NCBI RefSeq assembly: GCF_963921235.1
Contig: NC_086101.1
Coordinates: 7,938,001-8,002,000 of the forward strand
Reading direction: 5' to 3'
Source of the DNA: Mobula hypostoma
Lineage: Eukaryota
DNA: 64,000 bases
Below the pieces are notes generated by a model, which saw nothing but the letters and a program-made list of their open reading frames with translations, was not told where the DNA came from and did no database searches. The position numbers were made by a program, and so were the translations under genes. Shown here piece after piece: positions 26,268 through 38,927 of this stretch. Position 1 is the first letter of the stretch, and each line of letters begins with the position of its first letter.

Positions 26268-28045
26268 ATGAATATTGGCGAGTTTATGGACACGCCTGAC
26301 CCGGTGTCTTTAGTGAATGCGAGAAAACCTGAGGTATTGGAGATTGCTAGGAGGTTGGATAGTAAAGGAATTACGAAGAATGCCACAAAGGCTTTAATCC
26401 AGAGAGAAATCTCTGAGCATTTTATTACTTTGAAAATGTTTGAGGATGAGGTGTTAGATAGGTTTCCAGTGAGTAATCTGGAAATGCAGTTTCATCTTGA
26501 ACAGTTAAAGATTGAAAGATTTATAGCGGAAATGGCCGAAAGAGAGGCTAATAAAAAAGGGAATTTGAAGAAAGAGAAGCTGAAAACCAGAGGAAATTTT
26601 AGTTTGAGATGGAGAAATTAAGGATGGGATATCAGTCTTCTGGTTCTAACAAACAGCTTATTGCTAGTCGTGAGGTTATTTTGGCTCCTCCATTTAATGA
26701 AGATGAAGTGGACAAATATTTCCAGCATTTCGAAACTTTTGTTCTGAGTTTAAAGTGGCCGAAAGAGCAATGGCCAGTGATGTTACAAAGTGTAATTAAA
26801 GGCAAGGCAAAACAAGTTTATACAGCTTTAAATGCTGAGCAAGCACTGGATTATGATATTGTTAAACAGCATATATTAAAGACATATGAGTTGTTTCCGG
26901 AAGCGTATATAGAAAGATTCAGAAATTTGAAGAAATCTGTGGAAAAAACTTGTGTGGAATTTGCCTATGAGAAATCTGTGTGTTTTGAGAGATGGGTTTC
27001 TCCTAAAAATATGAATGGGGAGAATAATAAATTAAAAGAGTTGATTTTACTGGAGGAATTTAACAGGGGCATTCCTGTTGAAGTGAGAACATACCTAAAT
27101 GAAAGGGACACTGCTACATTGCAGGACACTGCTAAATTAGCTGAAGAGTATGCTTTAATTCATAAGAATAAATTTTCTCCAGGGAGAATGTTTAAAAGGA
27201 AAAATAACACAGAGAGTCAAGGTAAATCAGAAATTAAATCTGAAAGTGAGAAAAGTAAGGATGAAAGGAGACATGTGAAGGAAAAACTTTTTGGTACTAT
27301 TTGTAATTATTGTAAGAAACCTGAACATGTAGTAGCTAATTGCTTTCAATTGAAAAAGAAAGAGAAAGAAGTAGTCCCAGATGCTTGTGTGCAGTATATT
27401 GGAACACCTGTAAATTCACATGGTTTAGAAACTACTAATGAAGATGTGTCAGAGTCTGACCAAGTTAAGAGGGGTTATGAAAATTTTATAACAGGAGGAT
27501 TTGTATCCTTGAAAGAAGGATCCAATTCAGTACCAACAAGAATACTTAGAGATACTGGAGCTTCTCAATCACTAATATTAGACAATGTGCTAAAGTTTAG
27601 TGATGAGTCTGACATTGATGAGATAAATTATGTAAGAGGAGTTGGGAGTGCCCTCATGCCAGTACATTTACATAGAGTAAATTTATGGTCAGGATTAGTT
27701 ACAGGGGTTGTTACAGTAGGATTACAATCTAGTTTACTAGTGAATGATGTTTCTCTTTTGTTAGGGAATGATTTAGCATGTGGACAAGTTTTTCCTGAAT
27801 TGCATTTGACAATAAATTCAAATTCTGAGAAACCACAGAGGGATTCTAACACAGATTCCTCCTGTGTTGTAACAAGAGCTATGGCTAAAAAGACTGATGT
27901 ACAGGACAAGGTTGTTCCCCATGCCAGTCCAAATCAAGATTCGAATTTTGAGGATGTATCAGAAATTTTCTTACCTGATTATTTGATCAGGATTTTGGTG
28001 GTAAGTATGACCAGGAAGATTTGTCTTTGTCTCGGAAGGAGATGA
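26268..28045 (+). pseudogene. Gypsy gag (SCAN-like capsid, CCHC knuckle) and aspartic protease, frameshifted
   Basis: LKELILLEEF, CNYCKKPEHVVANC, ILRDTGASQSLI and LLLGNDL. Confidence 0.9.
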
Positions 28046-29290
28046 TAGCAGAGCAAGGTAGAGATCCTGAGATAGTTAAATTAAAAAGAACAAGCTCTTC
28101 CAGATAGTGAAATTGAAAAAGTACCAGTGGGATATTATTTTGAAAAGGGAGTATTAATGAGAAAGTGGAGATCGCCTACAATTCCTGCTAGTGAGGAATG
28201 GGAGGTTAATCATCAGGTAGCAGATCCTAAAATTTATGGAAATTAGATTTTAACTATGGCTCATATTATTCCATTGGGTGGTCATTTAGGTGTAAAGAAA
28301 ACTATGAACAAAGTTTCTAAACATTTTTATTGGCTTAGTTTAAGAAAAGATGTGGCAACATTTTGTAGAACGTGTCATACGTGTCAAATTGTGGGTAAAC
28401 CTAATCAGGTTACTCCAGTGGCCCCACTGCAACAAATTCCAGTATTTGGTGAGCCGGTCTCAAAAATCATTGTAGACTGTGTAGGTCCTTTGCCAAAAAC
28501 TAAAACTGAACATCAGTATTTATTAACTATTATGTGCACAGCGTCTAGGTTTCCAGAGGCAGTACCTCTTAGGAATATAACAGCCAAAACGGTGACAAAA
28601 CTCTGATAAAATTCTTTACTTATTTTCGGTTGCCTAAGGAAATACAATCGGATCAAGGTAGTAACTTTATGTCGGGATTGTTTCAGCAGATAGTTCATAA
28701 ACTGGGAGCAAAACGGATTATTTCCTCAACCTATCATCCAGAATCAGAAGGAGCCTTGGAGAGATTTCATTCTACATTAAAAACTATGATTAGGACATAT
28801 TGTGTGGAAATGAAAATGACTGGGATGAAGGTATACGTTTTCTACTTTTTGCAGTACGTGAGGCAGTGCAGGAATCATTAGGTTTTAGTCCTTTTGAACT
28901 TGTGTTCGGGCATAGATTTCGAAGACCTTTAGCTTTGTTGAAGGAACAGTGGATTAATAAAGGGGTACACACTAATTTGCAGGATTATGTTTCAAAATCT
29001 AAAGAAACATTATATAAAGCTTGTAGCTTGGCAAAGGAAAATTTAAAATTAGCTCAAGAGAAGATGAAGACTTGGTATGATAAGGAAGCTAGGATGAGGT
29101 CATTTAAGACTGGAGATAAGGTGTTGGTTCTTTTCCCAGTACAAACGAACCCATTACAAGCTAGATTTCATGCTCCTTGTGAGATTAAATCTAAGGTAAA
29201 TGATGAGGATTACGTGGTAAAAACACAAGATCGAAGAAAGACAACACAGCTGTGTCATGTAAATATGATAAAACCGCATTATGAGAGAGA
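28046..29290 (+). pseudogene. Gypsy integrase (HHCC, DDE, GPY/F-like region), frameshifted
   Basis: AH..GGHLG..CRTCHTC, VDCVGPLP, QSDQGSNF, HPESEGALER, GFSPFELVFG and GDKVLV. Confidence 0.92.
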
Positions 29291-29479
29291 GGCTGCTGCT
29301 ATGACTGTTGTAATCAATAATGAGTCTGATCTTGATAAAAACGTAATGGATGATTCATCTAAACCTCATTTTAAACCCAACATTATTTCAGCCAGGTTAC
29401 CAAATTCAAAAATTCTAGAAAATATTGATGAAAACTTAGCTCATTTACAGCCAGAGCAGAGAGAGCAGATGAAACAGTT

Positions 29480-30281
29480 AATTTTTAAATATGGAGATTT
29501 ATTTCCAGATGTTCCGCGAAGAACCACCGTGGCTACACATGATGTAGATGTCGGAGATGCAAAACCCATAAAAAACATCCTTATCGAATGAACAGAGAAA
29601 AATGTGAACTTGCTGAACAAGAGATTCAGTACATGTTAGAGAATGATATTGTTAGACATTCTAATTTGAATTGGGGTTCACCGTGTGTTATGGTGCCTAA
29701 GCCAGACAATAGTATTAGATTTTGTACAGATTACAGGAAGGTGAATGCTGTGACAAAAACTGATGAATATTCGGTCCCTAGGGTAGATGATTGTGTGGAT
29801 AAAGTTGGACAAGCTAAGTTCCTTAAAAAGATTGATTTGTTAAAAGGTTATTGGTGCGTTCCATTGACAGATAGAGGTAGAGAGTTTCCAGCATTTGTAA
29901 CCACATCTGGGTTGTATGAATATAATGTTCTTCCATTTGGGATGAAAAATGCACCGTGTACTTTTCAGAGGATGATTAATAGTGTGATTCAGGGATTAAA
30001 AGATACAATGCCTATATTGATGATTTAGTTATAGGAAATAATACGTGGAAAGCACACATTACTGCGGTGGAGAAATCATTTGAGAGACTTTCAAAAGCTA
30101 ACTTAACAATTAACTTAGCTAAAAGTGAATTTGGTAATGCCGTTGTAACGGTGAAGGAAAACGGTTAAGGAAATTAAACTCCAATTTAATAATCCAGCTT
30201 AATGTTACATGAGTACAATATTTTGATCACTCATATTAAGGGTAAAGATAATGTGATCGCTAATGGTCTATCTAGATGTTA
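29480..30281 (+). pseudogene. Gypsy RT with largely deleted RNase H
   Basis: SPCVMVPKPD..RFCTDYRKVN, DLLKGYW, LPFGMKNAP and AYIDDL; then a jump to HIKGKDNVIANGLSRC*. Confidence 0.9.
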
Positions 30282-30474
30282 AATGTACAATGAAAATTTG
30301 CTTTTATGGAGTGGTATTTTAACATTTATAACACTCCTACTGTATATTAGTTTGTAAAGTGCTGAAAGATAAGACTGTATATATTGTGTATGATGTAAAT
30401 TTAATACCTTTGTTTTTTTTTTGTATAAATTGTTAATTGTTAAAATTTTGTTCTTTAAGTGACCAATTTTTTTT

Positions 30475-30483
30475 GGAGGGAGG
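30475..30483 (+). other. Polypurine tract
   Basis: T-run then GGAGGGAGG abutting the TG of the 3' LTR. Confidence 0.8.
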
Positions 30484-31358
30484 TGTTACATACCTCAAGG
30501 ACATCTGTGATTTTTGTTTGCGAGAATGTTGTAATGGTCTTTTGGAGGTCACCTGATGTAATTTTCCCGCCGACGTGAGGTCACACGATGACACGTGCAC
30601 CATGGGTATATAAGGGAAGACCGCAGATGATGCAGTTAGTTTTTAGTTTTTAGTTTTTAGTTTTCCAGCTAGAACGTGCGGCTGTGTCTCCGTTTCTGCT
30701 GCGTATTTGTTCTTATCACGCAGTTTCATTTTTAAAACGGAGTGTTACGTTCTGTTGCAAGGTATAGAAGTGCTGGACTGGCAATGTTTGCTAGATGTGC
30801 CTTTTTCCAGCAGTATTAGAGAGTGAAGACTTCATCGAAATTCAGGATATGAAGGATTAAAATAAGTCGGGAATGTTCGGCAGTGTAATAAAGGATCGAT
30901 CTTATTGAATCTTCGTTGAAGAAGTAGCGACCGGCATCGAGAGATAACTCTTGCCAAAAGAACAACGAAGTTCATGCGAGATTTGCTCTCTAGAAGAAAT
31001 TAAGGTCAGTTGTTTTAAGCAGTTTATTTCCTGCATCGTGAATCCTTTGGACAGAGCCAACAGGGAAGTCGCGTCTATGAAGAAATCCTTCTTCTGAGAA
31101 GTCGCTCCCAATTGAACGTATAAATCTGTTGGACTTTCGAATTTACCATTTTAAGAACCGTATTTGACTTTACCGCTTTAAGAACTGTTTTCACATTTAA
31201 CTCTTTAAGAACCAGTGCCGAGTGACGATTTGTTGAACTGCCGCATAGCGGTTAACTTCCGGTTAAGGTTTTCGTTTGTTTCCTTATTGTTTATCCGTGT
31301 TTGGTTGTTTTTATATAACCTGTCTCGATTGATATTCATTGTTGCCGGTTACGTAACA
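30484..31358 (+). repeat. 3' LTR (875 bp)
   Basis: Direct repeat of the 5' LTR; TATATAA at 30607-30613. Confidence 0.95.
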
Positions 31359-32232
31359 CTTCGGAATAAATTAGCTTATCCGCTTTCCTTGTGTCCCGAA
31401 GAATAGCTTCTTTGGTTGCAACATAATGCAAGCACAATATCACAGGAGGTGGTTTCATTTCGGCTGAAAGTTTAGGACGTCGAATTCAGTGGGTTCTGTC
31501 CTGTATGGGACAGGCTTTAAGAATGTCACTAAAAAGTGAATATAACATGTTCGAAAAGAACTTTAATGGTTACCGGTTTCTGTATTTCAGGTAAACCCAG
31601 TGCGCGTAAATTCATCCTGCGACTTCTGTTTTCCATCGATCGTTTTCTTCTTAATTTTTGATAACTCCGAAGCAGCCTCATGAATTTTCTTTTCTATAAA
31701 AGACACCTTCAATTCTTGTTCTTTAATAGTTTGACTCATTAACTCCTGTTTTCTTTCAGTTCTGTGAGTGCTCTGTTTGAGCGTCAGATATTGAACTTCC
31801 AGATTCTTCGGATTCCTGAACAGCGAAAATGTTTTTTTTCCAAGCTTTTCATTAGCGTTTGTCAGTTTATCGATCTTGGTGTCCACTTACCGATCTTCCC
31901 ATTAATAGCTTCTATTAAAGAGAACATTCTTCCTGAAATAGAGACATCCTCTGATTTCTTTCTTTGTTCAACTTTGGGAAGAATTTTACCACCTCTTAAT
32001 TCAGTTCCAGATCGAGTATCAGCCATCGTAACTAAATCGTAAATCCTTCAGCAAAAGTAATAAATCTTCAAACTTTAAACGAATCTAACAGTGAAAAGTA
32101 AGTTGAGAAAGATGGAGCCGCGACAAATACGTCTTACTCCATCAGCTGCCAAAAGGAGACTCCAGACCTCATCGAAATCTATTGAATATTGGAAGGCCTG
32201 GATAGCGTGGAGTGGAGAAGAGAGGATACACT

Positions 32233-32237
32233 GGTGT

Positions 32238-32316
<79 letters not shown>
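32233..32316. repeat. Compound (TG)n(AG)n microsatellite
   Basis: Directly visible. Confidence 0.95.
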
Positions 32317-32319
<3 letters not shown>

Positions 32320-32599
32320 CGGGCTCACGCGTGGCGGGGGGGGGGGGAGGGAGGGGGGAGATTGTGCAGAAGTTATGTAGTTCTAGAGCCAGAGACACGT
32401 TCCTTTAGTACAGTGATGAAGAGTTTCTTCAGCCAACTGGTGGAGAGTCTGTGGAGCTCATTTCCACAGTCGATAGGTTCTTGATTAGCAAGGACCTCAA
32501 AGGTTACAGACAGAAGACAAAAGAATGGGGTTGAGAGGGCAAGTAAGCCATGATCGGACCTGTCGAATAGCCTAATTCTTTTCCTATGGCATATGATCT

Positions 32600-33180
32600 T
32601 ATGGTTTTATGTGAGATTTTCAGCGTTCTTTCGATTGCCAAAAAAATCTTGTTGGTCTCCTTTGTACTAATTTGTGCCACAACTTTATTGACTTTGTTTA
32701 AAATACTATGGACATTCAAATAAAGTGCCCTTACACCAATAGAGCTTTAGAAATATTGTAATCTGTTTCTCTTTTGCTCCTGACTTTTCTTCACTCCAGT
32801 CTTACTTTTCTCCTTTTTATCTTCTGCTTTTACTTTATTTTAATCCACACTTTTCTTTTTCACTTTACCATACTTCTTTAATCTGTTGAGCCCTCCCCAC
32901 CCCCACTATTGAGTACTGGACAAGCTCAAGGGTTGAGGCTCCACCAGCACAGACCGAATTTGAGACTGCTGATCTCCTGAAGTCGAGAATCCAGGTAACT
33001 CTCCCCCTCCCTGATGTGTCACCGTGTTGAAGCTCAGATTCCAGGTCATCAACTTTGAGCCTGAGTTTCTCGACAGCCAACACTTTCTGCAGATGTGGCC
33101 AGCATCAAGAACCACAGTGGAGCCCTCCGGCTCCCATATCATGCAGCTACAGCACATCACCTGACCCGGCATGATTCCGA
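32600..33180 (-). mobile_element. CR1 5' fragment (ORF1 zinc finger/leucine zipper and ORF2 start)
   Basis: CCSCMIWE..HICRKC..LRLKVDDLESEL; NVHSILNK. Confidence 0.7.
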
Positions 33181-34658
33181 CTTTATTTAATTAGCTGTAA
33201 TTTAGTGACTTTTTATTCAACCACTACAAAAGCTTTACCTGCTACTTACATGTGCCTCTTCGCCGAAGCCACTTGAGCCAAAGCCTCAAAGTTTCCACTC
33301 CTACACTGGTCCATTTACAGAAAAGCCACTCTGCATTGTCCCTGATTTACCTTTATTTGCTCCTGCTAATATATCACGCACTGATTGGTGTGCTGCCATT
33401 GCGCCGAGCCCGCGAAACGCTCCTTTTAAAACTCATATTGATCCTTGATTAATGTCTCATCAACCGATCACTTGTCTGAGATCAGCTGGAAACAACCAGG
33501 GACGCTTTACCGCAAACAATGAATCTTATTAACATACACAAAATGCTGGTGGAACGCAGTAGGCAAAAACGATAAAACCCTGCTGAAGTCACATCGTTAA
33601 ACTGAAACTCACTTACTCCACCTAACTAAATATTTATACTAAATAGAAAATACTACCAACGGCAAAAGCGCAGGTACAAAACCGGCAAAAAAAAAACAGA
33701 AATCAACCTGGCTGGCTGCAGTCTCGTGACGGCGCCGGCTGTAGATTTATCAAACTTTAATTAGAACAGATGCAAAGTATCGTACGGAGTTTTGGCCGTC
33801 TCGTTCCAGGAAGAACGTGAGTGTTTTGAGAGGTACTAAAGATTTTGCATACATTAGAGAGTATCAGCTGTGAGCAAAGGGTGAACTACTCTGGCTCCCG
33901 AAGAGTTGCATCCAATATCACGCCCCCTCTTTTCCCTCTCCTTTCCACAAAGGCTCTCTCCACGAATCTGCGCTGAAAAATAACCTCGGAAGAAGTTTCT
34001 TGTGCATGACATTAGATTATGAGGACACTCAGTCCTCGTTTATTGTCATTTAGAAATGCATGCATTAAAAATGATACAATGTTCCTCCGGTATGATATCA
34101 CAGAAACACAAGACAAACCAAGACTAAAATTGACAAAAAACACAGAATTGTAACATATAGTTACAACAGTGCAAAGCTATACCATAATTTGATAAGAGCA
34201 GACCATGGGCACGGTAAAAAAAAAAGTCTCATAGTTCCTATAGTGCAACATCTCACGCAGAAGGTAGAAGGGAGAAAATCTTCCCATATGATCTTCCAGC
34301 GCTGCAAACTTGTCGACGCAGCATCCTGGAAGCACCCGACCACAATCCGACTCTGAGTCCGTCCGAAAACTTCGAGCCTCCGACCAGTCCTCCGACACCG
34401 ATCACCGAGCACCATCTCTGCCGGGCGCTTCGAATCCGGCCCCAGCCGCCAAGCAACAGGCAAAGCCGAGGATTCGGAGCCTTCCCCTCCGGAGATTTCG
34501 GATCACACAGTCGTGGCTGTAGTTGGTTATCACCCAGGAGAAGATTCTAATTGGCCGCTCAACTGTTCCCGAGGCCAAGAGACCCCTCCCCTGCGCAACT
34601 CGAGATTCGCCCGGATGCCCGGGAACTCTCTAATTCTCTGATTCTCCCCACCCCCCAG

Positions 34659-35180
34659 TCTCTGTCGCTCTGGATGTGGAAACGGCGCACCCCGAGCTCG
34701 AAATGATTGGCAGAGTGTGAGGTGGACCCGGACACGGAAAGATCAACCTGGCACCGAGAGGAGGTTCACAGCCTGGGAGTACGCACCGGTATCGGCTGGA
34801 TTTACGTCGGGGAGAAATTACTGGGAAGTGGAGGTGCCGGGAAATCAGAACTGGAGCCTGCTTGTCTCCAGAGTCTGCGCAGAGAAAGACAGCGGTCGGA
34901 CTGATGGTTTTGAGTTTGGGCCCTCGAACGGGCAGGTAGCGAGTTTTGTGTGAACATCTCTCCTGAATTGCATCTCCCTGCCAGTCCGATCCCCGGGAGG
35001 GTGGGAGTTTATCTCAGTTAGGGGTCCGGGATGGCTCTATTTTACAACGCGGAGACCAAGTCCCATTCCCATACCTTCACTGGGAATAAATTCAGAGAGA
35101 AACATTATCCTTTCCTTTTCTGGACTGTTGATGAAAACAGGTGGCTGATAATCTGTTCTGGTTCTACTCCGGCTCTGTAA
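34659..35180 (+). pseudogene. TRIM terminal PRY-SPRY (B30.2) exon, disrupted
   Basis: cccccag|TC TCT..; SVALDVETAHPELE, then frameshift; GFTSGRNYWEVEV, second frameshift, RVGVYLS* (TAG 35019-21), FYNAETKSHSHTF; ancestral stop TAA at 35178-80. Confidence 0.9.
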
Positions 35181-35337
35181 ACGAGTCGGGTCCCAGGACC
35201 GAGGTCTAGAGGCTGTGCGTCAGGAGACACCTTTGAGAACAAATTGACATTGACCAGGTCTCATATGATCCCCAAACCAGCGGAAATATAAACGCGGGCA
35301 GAGTGAACTAACATGTTTATGCAGGTCAAATGAATGA

Positions 35338-35343
35338 AATAAA
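35338..35343 (+). terminator. Candidate poly(A) signal of the TRIM gene
   Basis: AATAAA about 160 nt after the ancestral stop. Confidence 0.5.
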
Positions 35344-36169
35344 AACTGATTGAATTCAATACTCTCGACTAAATGATTGAATCATGCCATCTGCAGCAGT
35401 TCGCGAAACCGCAATACTTTAGTGAAAATTTACAGATCTCCCTTTCCGTGGGCTCTGAGAATTTAGCACCACTGGGGCCTCGCCTCCTACATGCAGAGGA
35501 ATCGTTGAAATAAGTCAACTGCACCGTACCTTCAAACACATTTTTCTTGATACTAGAAGGGCTGTGCACGCTCGTCTGGTCAGACAGAATCTGTGGACCG
35601 AGAAAAAGGTCAATATCTCAGGTCAATGTCTTTACTGCGAAGAGTTAGGATTTGGCACAACAGATTATGCTGAAATCTGATAACAGAGCAACACACACAA
35701 AATGCTGGAGGAATTCAGCGGTGGAGGCGGCATCTACGGAAATGAATAAGCAGTCGACGTTTCGTGCCGAGCGCCTTCAACAGGACACCAGAAAAGACGA
35801 CGGTTTATTCATTTCTGTAGCGAGTTCTGCGTTTCGGGAGAACGTAGGGTGTGGCGGAGTGAAGGTGAGGAAGCTCCGTGACTGGTGGAGCCCTGTGGCA
35901 GCGACTGACTGACACAAGTAGCAGTGGAACTGACTAGGGGAGGCATGTGGTGCAGTAGTCAGCGTAACGCCGTGAGAGCACCAGCGAACTGGATTCAACC
36001 GTCGCCGCTCTCGGAAAGGAGTTTGCACGGTCTCGGTCTCTCCGTGACCACCATGACTGCGTGCGGAAGCAGTGGTTTCTCCCACATTCTAAAGCAGTCA
36101 CATGGTCGGCATGGACTTCTTGGTCCAACAGACCTGTGAGTGTAGTATTTCTGATTCAACTAAACACAG

Positions 36170-38885
36170 AGTCACACAGACATTGTAAAATACGAAACAG
36201 AAACAGGCCTTCGGTGCCTAAAGTCTGTATCAAGCCCTCACACTCACTGCTGCCATCGACATACACGGGGACCACTGCTTGTATTTCCCCATCTATACCC
36301 CCCCCCCATAATTGTGTATAGGTCTGTCAAAAATTCTCTCAATCTTCCAAGGAAGCATTCAATCTTTCACTCTATCTCTAACTTTCCAGTCCCTGCAACA
36401 GCCCTGTAAGTTTTATCAGTACTCTTCCAAGTTCACTTGCATGTTTCCCGTAGGTAGGTGACGATATACTGCACACAATACTCCAAATTAGGAATCGCCA
36501 ACGTCCTACACATCTTCAACATAATATCCCGTCTTTTCTATTCAATACTTTGATTCATGAAGACCAATGTGCCAAAAGCTTTCTTTAAAAGCTTTTTCCC
36601 TGTGACGTAACTTTCAATGAATTAAAGACCTGTATTCCATAAATCCAAAAAATATAGTTGCAGAATTAGGCCATACCGCCCATCAAGTCTGCCCCACCAT
36701 ATCATCATGCCTGATCCAATTGTTCTTTCAGCTCCAATCTCCTGCCTTCTCCCCATCTCATCATGCCCCGATCATTCAAGAATCTATCAACCTCAGCCTT
36801 AAAGTTGGTCTGCACAGCTGCCTGTGGCAAAGAATTCCACAGATTCATCACTCTCTGGCTAAAGAAATTCCTCCTCATCTCCGTTCTAAACAGACACCTA
36901 AGGCTGTGGTCTTAGATGCTCCCTCCATAGGAAACATTCTCTGCAATCCACTCTATCAATCCCTTTACACTATTGGATAGCGTTCAATGAGGTCACCCGT
37001 CATTCTTCTGAATTTGAGTGAAAACAGGCCCAGAGCCACGAAACGCTCTTCCTATGACGAGGCAGTCAATTCTGGAATCATTTTCGTGAAACTGCTTTGA
37101 ACCCTTGTCAGTTTCAGCACAGCCTTTCTAAGAGAATGGGCCCAAAGCTACTGACTATACTGCAAGCGGGGCCTCACCAGTGCTTTATGAATTCTCAACA
37201 TTACATACCTGCTTTGATATTCTAGCATCCTTAAAATGAATGCTAACATCGCATTTGCCTTCCTCAACGGTCTCATACTGCAAACTAATCTTCTGGGAAT
37301 CGTGCACAAGGACTCCCAAGTCCCCTTGCACCTCATTTTATTTTCTATTTTCTCTCCATTTAGAAAAACGTCAACCATTTCTACCAAAGTTCATGTGCAC
37401 ACCATTTCCGACATCGTGTTCCATTTCACTTTTATTTGTGCATTCTCCAAGTCTTTTGAAGGCTCTCTACTTCCTCAAAACCACTTGCCCCTCAACAGAT
37501 CTTCATATCGGCTGAATATATGGGGAAAAAGGTCTCTGGCTATCCACACGATGAATTCCTCTCTTCATCTTATACACCTCTATCAGGTCACTTCTCATCC
37601 CCCGTCGCTCAAAGGGCAAGTTCAGTCAGCCTAATCTCATAAGGAATGCTACCCAATCCAGGCAACTTCCTTGTAAATCTCCTCTGCACCATTTTTATAC
37701 TTTACACATCTTTCATGTAGTGAGGTGACCAGAACAGAGCACAGTATTCCAAGTGGGGTCTGACTAGGATCCTGTATAGCTGTAACTTTATCTCTTGGCT
37801 CCTAAACTCAATTCCATGGTTGATGAAGGTCAGTACACCGTATGCCTTCTTAACCACACAGTCAACCTGCGCATGAGCGTCCTATGGACTCGGACCCCAA
37901 GATCCCTCTGATTGTCCACACTCTCAAGAGTCTTACCATTAATACTATATTTTGCCATAATACTTGACATATCAAAATGAACTACCTCACACTTTTCTGG
38001 GTTCACGTCCATCTGCCACTTCTCAGCCCAGTTTTGCATCCTGTCGATGCCCCGCTGTAAACTCTGAAAGCCAGCTACACTATCCGGACCTGCCGCTCGT
38101 GTTTTATTTATTTATTTATTTATGCACTACCTTATTTTCCATTTTTCTATTTTCTATTTATGATTTATAATTTAAATGTTTAATATTTACTATCAATTTG
38201 TAATCCAGGGAGTGGGAAGCGCAGAATCAAATATCGCTGTGATGATTGTACGTTCTAGTATCAATTGTTTGGCGACAATAAAGTATAAAAAGTATAAAAT
38301 ATCCACAATATCTTCAACCTTTATCAAATTTACTAACCCATCTCTCCACTTCCTCATCTAGGTCAATTATAAAAATCACGAAGAGAAGGTGTCCCAGAGC
38401 AGATCCCTGAGGCACAACACAGGTCACCGTCCTCCCTATAGATTATGACCCGTCTACAACCACGCTGTGCCTTCTATGGGCAAGCCAGTTCTGGATCCAC
38501 AAACAAGCTCCACTTGGATCCCATTCAAGACTCACTGGTCTGTAATTTCCTAGGCTATCTCTGCTTCCTTTCTTAAATAACGGAACAACATCTGCAGCTC
38601 TCCAGTCCTCCGTAACTTCTCCCATCCGCCTTGATGATGCAAAGATGATTGTCAGAAGCTGGGCAGTCTCCTCCCTTGCCTCCCACAGTAGCCTGGGGTA
38701 CATTTCGTTCAGTCTTAGTGACTCATCCAACTTGATGCTTTCCAAAAGCTCCAGCGCAACTTCTTTCTTAATGTCTATTTGTTCAAGCATTTCAGTCCGC
38801 TGTCATCCTTACAATCACCAAGATTCTTCTCCGTGACGAATACTGAAGAGAAGTATTCATTAAGTACCTCTGCTATCTCCTCCGG

Positions 38886-38927
<42 letters not shown>

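Larger units (their letters stand above)
25249..31358 (+). mobile_element. Gypsy LTR retrotransposon, Gmr1-like (gag-PR-IN-RT-RH order), two LTRs, inactive
   Basis: LTRs TGTTAC..GTAACA; 4-bp TSD CTTC (25245-48 and 31359-62); PBS and PPT present; domain motifs as listed below. Confidence 0.95.
22347..32164 (-). mobile_element. L1-clade LINE retaining 5' end, ORF1 and 3' end, with large ORF2 deletions; interrupted by a Gypsy element
   Basis: ORF1 C-terminus IVEDFTPE..LLYPARL (25021-25248), ORF1 N-terminal coiled-coil (31363-32030), ORF2 WDAMKSFLRG and QFKVVHR..CDRC; TSD GACCTCA(CT/TC)GAAATCT at 22331-22346 and 32165-32180 inside a CR1. Confidence 0.85.

Noticed and set aside
32075..32408. ORFs with HTHT/CVCV/ERER runs
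   Set aside because: Translation of the microsatellite.
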